Assembly: GCA_964460615.1 (NCBI GenBank)
Contig: CAYWPX010000001.1
Coordinates: 263,747 to 327,746, forward strand
Direction: 5' to 3'
Source of the DNA: an uncultured Planctomycetia bacterium
Lineage (GTDB): Bacteria > Omnitrophota > Gorgyraeia > CAYWPX01
Length of the DNA: 64,000 nt
Part shown: positions 40,601 to 47,516 of the stretch, in pieces
Numbering within the stretch: position 1 is the first letter of the stretch
Layout: each line of letters opens with the position of its first letter
The notes under the pieces: generated by a model
Database searches by the model: none
What the model was told of the DNA's origin: nothing
Seen by the model: the letters and a program-made list of their open reading frames with translations, nothing else
Made by a program: the position numbers and the translations under genes

Positions 40601-41754
40601 CCGCCTATAATACTGAGGGTAAAAGAGGGGAAGATGTCATAAATATTACCCTGGACCCTACGCCAATAAACTTTATCTATGATTTAAATGGCAATCTGAC
40701 CAAAAAAGAAGTTCCTGCTTCCGGAGGTCTAACTACCACAAACTATATCTATGACTATGAAAATAGACTCACCAAGGTCACTAATGCATCTTCTGAAATC
40801 GCGAGCTTTAAATATGATTACCTCGGCCGCCGAATATCCAAATCTGTTGCTATGAGCCATGAGCCAAGAGCCATGAGCTATGTCTACGATGGCGATAACC
40901 TAATTGCTGAATATGACTCTAATGGTACTTTACTTAATAAGTATATTTACGGTTCAGGCATTGATGAATTGCTATCAGCTATGAGCTATGAGCCATCAGC
41001 TAAGTATTATTTCCACTCTGATGCCTTAGGTAGTATAATAGACATTACTGACAATACCGGCTCTTTGGTAGAGCATTATGAATATGATGTCTTCGGTTCT
41101 TTTAAAATCTTTTCTATGAGCCATGAGCCAAGAGCCATGAGCTTAATAGGAAATTCTTTCTACTTCACCGGCCGTGAATGGGACTCTGAAATAAACCTTT
41201 ATTACTACCGCGCCAGATTCTACGATCCAAAGCTTGGGAAATTCTTGCAGACTGACCCTATGGGATATGCAGCGGGAATAAATTTGTATTTGTACTGCCA
41301 AAATAATGTAATAAATTTAATTGATCCTCTTGGGTTATGGGAGGTTAATACAAGGAGTTTAGGCAATGATACAATTGCCTGGGTAAGTGAGAATGTTGTT
41401 TATAATGGTACTCGAGAGTCCGGTAGGCATTGGCAGATGTTTTATGATGATGGTACCAATATAGGCTATATGGGGGATGATAAAGAAAAAAGTAGGCCTG
41501 TTTTTAAGTCTGACGACGAGAGTTTATACGAAAAAGATTCAATTATTTCTGGTAAAAATGATGATTTGATGAAAGAAGCTGAGCAAATTGCGCGAAAGTA
41601 TTGGGAAAATGAATATAAGAAAGGGCAGAAATATCATCATCCGATATTAGATAATAAAAGAAAATTTGATTGTCAGGAATTTATTTGGAAAATGATAGAA
41701 GAGTATAATGCGTTACTTAAAAAAGAGGTTAAAAAAACATGCCCAAAACGTTGA
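37654..41754 (+). CDS. RHS/YD-repeat polymorphic toxin with Sec/lipoprotein-type N-terminus and a variable C-terminal domain of ~140 aa
   Basis: Many YD repeats (YDxxGNL, YxYDxxNRL...). RHS core end YYYRARFYDPKLGKFLQTDPMGYAAGINLYLYCQNNVINLIDPLGL. Unique C-terminal tail after it. Internal Ig-like segment near residue 960. Confidence 0.85.
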   Translation: MIWLFFDKRSFRKSEILVILLLFFSIACILFTQNSAFACNPEDNPKEDEQVVGDPVSLTSGKVYATFQDMTIPTRGALPLEVTRIYYGKRDYYGPFGRGWTFSYGMKVTRLASDIMELLSEQGKIEIYKWNGSLWAPPVGNYSTLIRNPDDSWTLSRKNGIIYNFGSFGRLTGIVDRNGNHINLTYNDDGFLTAVSDDCGRSLIFSYNSNNKISSITWPNNEITSYDYDANNNLAKITDPELNEINYTYNNYGTKTELASIIDARNNTTSYSYYEDSWDPNYLKCKRITYADGTHMDLVYNESLRFTLVTNERGYSTRYDYDPDENITVVTDPFNNETRSVYDPSFNKVYSIDALGHSIEYVYDNKGNCLEEHDPMGRKKIYTYEPNYSFIKTLADPKGVYENYCTTYYYDYEEAALGDLNGDGITTQTNGNVVKIVYPTVSAGIPIELFIYNQYGQVIQKTNANGIITKYEYYPDTGYLYREIDDYGNSSHINATTTFTYNALGNVLTTTDSLNRTTTFQYNKIGKLLKSISPQPFNYKVKYTYDGNGNTTKFEKQIDEDGLEWQTVENVYDGRDQLVTIKKYLPDNSFLTTTFHYDGAGNKDSETDANNNTTYYTYDETNRLIKTKDAENNETEYTYYNDGKLKTIKDPKSNVTTYQYDNSDWLVKTAYPDESFECYSPDLNSNISNKYTRNKNMIYYGYDNLNRLFYKQTDELYLYYYDKVGNLICVYKYVLGNYVLQTTNTYDNLNRLKTTTDNITNRTVSYEYNSLGLRTKLTYPDSTFITYEYNELNRLTHIKDQSGVSIASYTYYPDGKRKSLTYANGITTNYSYDDKENLEHITPDSEVLTNFSYSYDNVGNRLTKGLSSQGQGLSTETYSYDKIYQLKSVIANGNEANSSTYSYDSVGNRITQSGHNNLLTYTTNNLNQYTHLQKTNETVPIRGKVSSSITRVDVNGEETSIDPDRSFHKDVVLNPGQNTITASAYNTEGKRGEDVINITLDPTPINFIYDLNGNLTKKEVPASGGLTTTNYIYDYENRLTKVTNASSEIASFKYDYLGRRISKSVAMSHEPRAMSYVYDGDNLIAEYDSNGTLLNKYIYGSGIDELLSAMSYEPSAKYYFHSDALGSIIDITDNTGSLVEHYEYDVFGSFKIFSMSHEPRAMSLIGNSFYFTGREWDSEINLYYYRARFYDPKLGKFLQTDPMGYAAGINLYLYCQNNVINLIDPLGLWEVNTRSLGNDTIAWVSENVVYNGTRESGRHWQMFYDDGTNIGYMGDDKEKSRPVFKSDDESLYEKDSIISGKNDDLMKEAEQIARKYWENEYKKGQKYHHPILDNKRKFDCQEFIWKMIEEYNALLKKEVKKTCPKR
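40852..41141. repeat. Three in-frame copies of a 27-nt GC-rich element ATGAGCCATGAGCCAAGAGCCATGAGC inside the RHS gene (40852-40878, variant at 40981-41001, 41115-41141)
   Basis: Read directly. They encode MSHEPRAMS, MSYEPSA and MSHEPRAMS at loop positions of the conserved RHS C-terminal core. A near-identical copy (1 mismatch) lies inverted in the intergenic DNA at 30030-30057. Confidence 0.85.
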
Positions 41755-42125
41755 GCTTATATCTAAGCGGGTTATTAATAGGAACTTTTTTGGCTACATT
41801 TTTATCGTTTAAAATGGGATTTTGTGAGCATATAGATTTTAAGTTTTATTTTTTTATTTATTTATGTTTGAATGTTATTACTTTTACTTTTTTATTTTTA
41901 ATCAATAATTTTTTATTTAAATATCATTTTAATTTAACTTTATTTATTATAGGATTTCTTTATTCAGTTCTAATTGTATTTGGAGATGTTTTTATTTCTT
42001 GGATAAAGAAAGAAGTGTTACACTTGGGTAAACCAATTTTTTTATTAAATTTTATAATTTTTCCACTTCTAGTCTATTTTTTGCTAGTTGCAATAGATAA
42101 TTTTAAATGTTTTAAAAAACATTAG
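41739..42125 (+). CDS. Small 4-TM membrane protein, probable cognate immunity protein
   Basis: Start overlaps the toxin stop by 16 nt. Four hydrophobic helices. Location is typical for Rhs immunity genes. Confidence 0.45.
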   Translation: MPKTLSLYLSGLLIGTFLATFLSFKMGFCEHIDFKFYFFIYLCLNVITFTFLFLINNFLFKYHFNLTLFIIGFLYSVLIVFGDVFISWIKKEVLHLGKPIFLLNFIIFPLLVYFLLVAIDNFKCFKKH

Positions 42126-42184
42126 TAATGAATATATTACCCTTTCACCAGAAGCTATTCATTTTAGCTATGATTCGAATGTTT

Positions 42185-42203
42185 ATAAATAGGGACAGCG
42201 ACC
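42185..42203. repeat. REP-like inverted repeat ATAAATAGGGACAGCGACC (left flank of the RAYT gene)
   Basis: Reverse complement of the GGTCGCTGTCCCTATTTAT units found twice downstream at 42911-42967. Confidence 0.8.
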
Positions 42204-42211
42204 GTTTATTC

Positions 42212-42240
42212 TTGACATGTACTCACCTTTTTGATATTAT
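42212..42240 (+). promoter_or_regulatory. Near-consensus sigma70 promoter for the RAYT gene
   Basis: TTGACA (42212-42217), 17-nt spacer, TATTAT (42235-42240), 6 nt before the ATG. Confidence 0.5.
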
Positions 42241-42246
42241 TTATTC

Positions 42247-42912
42247 ATGCCACGCATAGCCAGAATAGTATTAGAAGAATACCCTCATCATATTACCCAA
42301 AGAGGTAATTACCGTCAGAAGGTTTTTTTAAAAGACGAAGATTATATTGCCTATCTTAATTGGATAAAAGAATACAGCAAAAAGTTCAATCTCGATATAT
42401 TAGCATATTCGCTTATGCCAAATCATATCCATTTTATCGCAATACCTCATAAGGCAGATTCCCTTGCCAAAACATTTAACTTTTCACATATGAGATATTC
42501 TCAGTATTTTAACAAGAAAAACAATGCCACAGGCCATTTATGGCAGGGGAGATTTTATTCTTGTATATTGGATGAAACGCATCTATTACAGGCTATAAGA
42601 TATATTGAAAATAACCCCGTACGTGCTAAACTTGTAAAAAGAGCTGAAGACTGGCCCTGGTCAAGCGCAAATTACCATATAACTAATAAAGAAGGTATCC
42701 TTACGATAAAAGACGTAAAAGATCTTCTTGATATAACCAACTGGCAAGCATATCTTAATAAGAAAGAAGAAGCCTTAACAATTGATAAATTGCGTCTTCA
42801 TACTCTGACAGGAAGGCCCTTAGGCGCAGACCAATTTATATTAAAACTTGAAAAGATCTTTGGGAAACGGTTAAAGGCCTTACCGAGAGGAAGACCAAGG
42901 AAAAAGGGATAA
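42247..42912 (+). CDS. REP-associated tyrosine transposase (RAYT; IS200/IS605-like Y1 transposase, COG1943)
   Basis: HIHFI (HuH motif), catalytic Tyr in RYIENNPVRAKL, 221 aa. Flanked by inverted REP-like repeats. Confidence 0.8.
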   Translation: MPRIARIVLEEYPHHITQRGNYRQKVFLKDEDYIAYLNWIKEYSKKFNLDILAYSLMPNHIHFIAIPHKADSLAKTFNFSHMRYSQYFNKKNNATGHLWQGRFYSCILDETHLLQAIRYIENNPVRAKLVKRAEDWPWSSANYHITNKEGILTIKDVKDLLDITNWQAYLNKKEEALTIDKLRLHTLTGRPLGADQFILKLEKIFGKRLKALPRGRPRKKG

Positions 42913-42967
42913 AAAATGGTCGCTGTCCCTATTTATGTCCCAAAAAATGGTCGCTGTCCCTATTTAT
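42911..42967. repeat. Two direct 26-bp REP-like units AAAAAATGGTCGCTGTCCCTATTTAT (42911-42936, 42942-42967)
   Basis: Read directly. Inverted relative to 42185-42203. Confidence 0.85.
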
Positions 42968-43013
42968 AATTTATTTATAGAGCGAAAATAATGCATTAAC
43001 CTATGGAGGCACC

Positions 43014-43457
43014 ATGAAAAAACTGTTAATAATCTTATTATTTGTAATGATTTTCTCGGGATTTTTAGGAAATGCTTTTATTAAGAATAGTAATGCAGCC
43101 AGCAATAGCGATATTCAGTTGGTTATTAATGCAGATCAAAAAGAGTATGACACCAACGAAAGAATCAGCATCTCCGTAAGATTGAAAAATTTGACAGATA
43201 AGCCGATTGATTTGGTAAATTACAATATCCAAAGCTTTGACCTTTATTTTGTTGATAAATTAGGCGTTGAGAGTGAAGTGGATGTTGAAAAGACAGGAGA
43301 CGCCTATCTTCCTGATAGCCTTTTAGAAGGTGAGAATATATTCTTGGGCAATATGACCATAGATGTATCTCGTTTGGAGATCTCCGGCCCTCATTCAGTT
43401 TACATCAAAAATGATCATATTAAATCAAATGTTATTGATATTGTAATTGGCAACTAG
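43014..43457 (+). CDS. Small secreted protein of unknown function
   Basis: Signal peptide; 147 aa; no recognisable motif. Confidence 0.4.
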   Translation: MKKLLIILLFVMIFSGFLGNAFIKNSNAASNSDIQLVINADQKEYDTNERISISVRLKNLTDKPIDLVNYNIQSFDLYFVDKLGVESEVDVEKTGDAYLPDSLLEGENIFLGNMTIDVSRLEISGPHSVYIKNDHIKSNVIDIVIGN

Positions 43458-43551
43458 ATTCAGATAATTACTTAGTTTTGAGTTGGATTATTTTGAAATT
43501 TTTATATAAAATTGACCACCTATGCTTAAACAAAAAAATTAAAAAAATATA

Positions 43552-43580
43552 TTGAATATATTTCGGTAATGTCATATAAT
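43552..43580 (+). promoter_or_regulatory. Sigma70 promoter candidate for the GH94 gene
   Basis: TTGAAT (43552-43557), 17-nt spacer, TATAAT (43575-43580). Confidence 0.45.
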
Positions 43581-43597
43581 AGTTAAGAAAATTATTG

Positions 43598-43620
43598 GCC
43601 CTATACTTACAGTATAGGGC
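43598..43620. promoter_or_regulatory. Perfect 23-bp palindrome GCCCTATACT-TAC-AGTATAGGGC just downstream of the promoter
   Basis: 10-bp arms and a 3-nt loop, starting ~18 nt after the -10 and ~90 nt before the GH94 start. Candidate operator or 5'-UTR hairpin. Confidence 0.4.
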
Positions 43621-43707
43621 TTGATTTATGGTTAGTTTAAAAAAAATTTAAATAATGATTTATACTCGCTAGGTAGCGGGAAAATACATTTATAATAGAG
43701 GGATAAA

Positions 43708-46146
43708 ATGAGCACAGGTACTTTAGAAAATAAAGTTACAACCAAACAGAAACTTGAAAAGGAAAATAAACACATGGAACATTTTTCCAAGTATGGAGAT
43801 TTTTCCCAGGATTACACAGAATTTATTATTAAAAGGCCGGATACCCCGAGACCTTGGATCAATTACCTGACCAATGGACGCTACTGCCGTCTCATTTCTC
43901 AGACAGCCGGTGGTTATGCGTATTATCTCGATTCAGGGAGGAACAGGCTCACCAGATGGGCTCCTGCAAATTATCTTACTGACCAGCCGGGAAATTATTT
44001 GTATATTAAGGATATCGATTCCAATGAATTCTGGTCACTGGCTCATCAGCCTGTAAAGAAGTCCAAAAATTACGAATGCAGGCATGGGCTTGGATATACA
44101 ATAATAAAGAACGAATATAGCGACATATCCTTAGAGGCAAAATATTTTGTACCTCAGAATGATGACCTTGAAATATGCATTGTCAATGTAGAAAACAAAT
44201 CCGGGAAAACAAGAAACCTTAAATTATTCCCGTTTGCAGAGTGGTACTTAGGCGACTGGGCGGCAGAACTGGGTATCAGGAATATCACAATTCTTTTAAA
44301 TGATGGTAAATTCGATAAAGACCTCAATGCTGTCTATGCTACCAAATTTCCCTGGTGCGCAAAAGAGTGGCCATATTTTTGTTTCATAGCAAGTTCCTTA
44401 AAAGTTGATGGTTATGATATAGATTATGAGAACTTTATCGGTAGATATAGAGATTATTCCAATCCGGCAGTCGTCGAAAACGGCAAAACTACCAATTCTG
44501 ATAACGTCAGAGGTATGAACATGGTCGGAGTATTGGAGCACACCCTTACTCTTCAACCTAATGAGTCTAAAAAATTTGTAATAATTGTCGGTCTAGCTGA
44601 AAAGAAAAGCCCTGCCAAAGCAAAGGCACTCTTAAATAAATACAGAGATGTCAATACCGCAGAAGCTGAATTTGCAGCCAATAAAGAACATTGGAGAAAA
44701 GCAATACTCGATAATATAGAGGTAGAGACCCCGGATAAAGAGTTTGATAGGGTTGTCAATGTATGGCTTAAGTATCAGGTATATATGAATAACCTCTGGG
44801 GAAGATCCGCAACTTTTTACCACGAAGGCGGCGGAGAATTTGGTTATAGAAATACTTCCCAGGATGCTTGGGGCATTACGCCAATAAATCAGAAATTTGC
44901 CAAAAAGAAAATAGAAGAGCTTTGCTATCATCAGAGAAAGACCGGCCAGCCTCTTCCAGGGTGGTCCCTTGTTGACGGCCCCAGCACTCACAGGCCTCCG
45001 TCTGATTTTCCGATATGGCTGCCATTTTTGATAAATGCATATGTAAAAGAAACAGGCGATTTTAAATTTTTGGATAAGAAAATCGATTTCTTCGATGGCG
45101 GTTCAGCATCGGTATATGAACATGCCAAGAAAGCTACAACGTTTTTGATGGACGTAGCAAAATCCAAAAGGGGAATACCTCTAATGGGTTCGCAGGACTG
45201 GAACGATGCCTTTGACAGAACCGGCATCGCAGGAAAAGGCGAGTCCGTATGGCTTGGAATCGGGCTTTGCGTTGCGCTATTAAATATGAAAGAGATGGCA
45301 GAACTTAGAAAAGATACGAAGATGGTGAAGGATTGCCAGGTTCGTTATGAAAAGATGAAAGCCATCATTAATAAATACGCTTGGGATGGCGACAGATATA
45401 TCTATGCCTTTAATGATTTCGGAGAACCGATCGGCTCCAAGAAGAATAAAGAGGGCGGTTATCAGCTTAATTCCCAGACTTGGGCAATTCTTGCTGGAAT
45501 AGCCGAAGGCGATAAGCTGGATAAGATACTTAAGATCATTAATGAAGAACTTGAAACTCCCTACGGCCCGCTACTTTTCAAGCCTGCTTATACAAAACAC
45601 AATGGAAGGATCGGCCGCATCACGGATTTCGCTCCAGGCACGAAAGAGAACGCTGCTATATTTTGCCACGGTGGAGCATTTACCACAGTAGCAGATCTTA
45701 AATTAAAACTTGGCAATAGAGCATATACAGAATTTAAGAGGATCATTCCTTCAGCCAGCGGCAAAGATGTCGAAATAGTAAAATCAGAGCCGTATGTTCT
45801 TCCTGAATATTATATAGGCCTGGGAAATAATAGATATGGTGAAGGCGCATTTTCTTGGTTAACCGGTTCAGCTGACTGGTTATTTGTTGCGGCCACTCAG
45901 TGGTTATTGGGCGCAAAGCCAGAGTATAATGGCCTTAGGATTGATCCATGTATTCCTTCTAATTGGAAGAAAGCCAGGATTAAAAGATTGTTCAGGGGCG
46001 ATACCTATGATATAATCATCACTAATCCAAAAGGCAAGGAATATGGAGAAGTAAGGCTTGAAGTTGATGGAAAGAAACTGGATTCAAATTTGATAGTTCC
46101 TTTTAAAGATGGCAAGGTCCACACAGTAAAGGCAGAGATAGTATAA
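43708..46146 (+). CDS. Glycoside hydrolase family 94 phosphorylase (cellobiose/cellodextrin/chitobiose phosphorylase-like)
   Basis: RPDTPRPWINYLTNGRYCRLISQTAGGYAYYLDSGRNRLTRW...YECRHGLGYT and C-terminal ...WLTGSADWLFVAATQWLLGAKPEYNGLRIDPCIP align closely with known cellobiose phosphorylases. Confidence 0.8.
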   Translation: MSTGTLENKVTTKQKLEKENKHMEHFSKYGDFSQDYTEFIIKRPDTPRPWINYLTNGRYCRLISQTAGGYAYYLDSGRNRLTRWAPANYLTDQPGNYLYIKDIDSNEFWSLAHQPVKKSKNYECRHGLGYTIIKNEYSDISLEAKYFVPQNDDLEICIVNVENKSGKTRNLKLFPFAEWYLGDWAAELGIRNITILLNDGKFDKDLNAVYATKFPWCAKEWPYFCFIASSLKVDGYDIDYENFIGRYRDYSNPAVVENGKTTNSDNVRGMNMVGVLEHTLTLQPNESKKFVIIVGLAEKKSPAKAKALLNKYRDVNTAEAEFAANKEHWRKAILDNIEVETPDKEFDRVVNVWLKYQVYMNNLWGRSATFYHEGGGEFGYRNTSQDAWGITPINQKFAKKKIEELCYHQRKTGQPLPGWSLVDGPSTHRPPSDFPIWLPFLINAYVKETGDFKFLDKKIDFFDGGSASVYEHAKKATTFLMDVAKSKRGIPLMGSQDWNDAFDRTGIAGKGESVWLGIGLCVALLNMKEMAELRKDTKMVKDCQVRYEKMKAIINKYAWDGDRYIYAFNDFGEPIGSKKNKEGGYQLNSQTWAILAGIAEGDKLDKILKIINEELETPYGPLLFKPAYTKHNGRIGRITDFAPGTKENAAIFCHGGAFTTVADLKLKLGNRAYTEFKRIIPSASGKDVEIVKSEPYVLPEYYIGLGNNRYGEGAFSWLTGSADWLFVAATQWLLGAKPEYNGLRIDPCIPSNWKKARIKRLFRGDTYDIIITNPKGKEYGEVRLEVDGKKLDSNLIVPFKDGKVHTVKAEIV

Positions 46147-46197
46147 ATTTAGCTGTTGAGGATTGACAGCTGATAAAAATAAAACAGGAGAATTAAA

Positions 46198-46785
46198 ATG
46201 AAAAAAGCAATGTTATTAGTAGTTGCAGCTTTACTACTCGTACCTGCAATTGCAAGTGCAAATGTTATCAGTAATTCCGGCTTTGAAGAGAAGGGCCAGG
46301 GTTCATGGATAAATTATGATTTTGGACCGGAATTTGGAAGAGATTGGAATAACGTCGAAGAGAAGCACGACGGCGTTCAAAGCCTTAAATTATGGACTAC
46401 CAGCAAAACCAACGATCCTAATAAATGGGAAATGACCGGGGCAAAACAGATCTTTGCTGTACAGCCAGGCGATGTTATAAATGGCGGAGCATGGCTTAAG
46501 ACCGACAATCTTAATGGAGTTGAAGCTTTTGTAGAATGCAAATGGCTTGATTCTGACAAGAAGGAGCTTGGTTCAGGCATCGGAACTGTCCACAAAACAA
46601 GCGGTTCAAGCGATTGGGAATACCAGGACCTTAGTACATGGACACCTGAAGAAAGAACTGCGCCTGCCGGAGCGGCATATGTAGACTTTAGGATAAATCT
46701 ACTTTCGCCCGGGAATTCAGATGTTGCAACAGGAACAGTATGGTGGGATGAAGCTCAGTTTTCTATTGAAAAAGGATCGAACTAA
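46198..46785 (+). CDS. Secreted carbohydrate-binding-module-like protein (CBM4/9-like)
   Basis: Signal peptide; beta-sandwich CBM pattern (NSGFEE...W......VWWDEAQF). Confidence 0.4.
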   Translation: MKKAMLLVVAALLLVPAIASANVISNSGFEEKGQGSWINYDFGPEFGRDWNNVEEKHDGVQSLKLWTTSKTNDPNKWEMTGAKQIFAVQPGDVINGGAWLKTDNLNGVEAFVECKWLDSDKKELGSGIGTVHKTSGSSDWEYQDLSTWTPEERTAPAGAAYVDFRINLLSPGNSDVATGTVWWDEAQFSIEKGSN

Positions 46786-47516
46786 TGAAGAAAGTTCTGG
46801 GGATTCTTGTTATACTCGGATTCTTAGTGACTGCATTAGGTATAGGTAATGCTGCTAGTGTAGCCATTACCGATTATCCTAAATCCTTTAATCTTGGTTC
46901 AGAGGTTGAAGTCGGTGTTACCTGGAAGGATATACCGTTAGATAAAGACTATAAATTTGTTATTCAGCTTGAGAACTGGGATAATATGGCTGATTCTATT
47001 GTTAGTTTACAGGAAATACCGTTTACTAAAGCTACTGATTCGCTTACAGCAAAAATTAATATACCATCCAAGCCTAATCTTGGAGGAGTGTATAATGGAT
47101 ACAGGTTTATAGCAGCATTTATCTCAAAGCAAAAAGGTTGGGATGATACGCTGTGTCTCTCTATTTCAAAAAAAGATGTGGAACTGCTGCCATTAATATC
47201 GATTGTAGATTACAGTAAATTAGCCAATGTTGGCGGCAAGGCAACAGCTAAGATCAAATGGACCAATGGTCCCAGCAAGGCTGATTATAAGTTGATAGTG
47301 CAGCTTGAAAACTGGGATATTAACCCCGGTTTATGCCTTTTTGAGGCTATTGAGGATTTTGAAACAAGCGGAGAAAGAGAGATAACGATAGCTATACCGC
47401 AGGACGGAAGGAAGGTCTCCGGATGCAGGTTCCTAGCGGCGTTTATTTCCAAAACTAAAGAGTGGGACGATACCTATACATCAGTAAGTACACCAAAAGA
47501 TGTCAATATTGAATAG
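46785..47516 (+). CDS. Secreted protein with an internal tandem duplication
   Basis: Repeats KDYKFVIQLENWDN...GYRFIAAFISKQKGWDDT and ADYKLIVQLENWDI...GCRFLAAFISKTKEWDDT. Confidence 0.4.
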   Translation: MKKVLGILVILGFLVTALGIGNAASVAITDYPKSFNLGSEVEVGVTWKDIPLDKDYKFVIQLENWDNMADSIVSLQEIPFTKATDSLTAKINIPSKPNLGGVYNGYRFIAAFISKQKGWDDTLCLSISKKDVELLPLISIVDYSKLANVGGKATAKIKWTNGPSKADYKLIVQLENWDINPGLCLFEAIEDFETSGEREITIAIPQDGRKVSGCRFLAAFISKTKEWDDTYTSVSTPKDVNIE

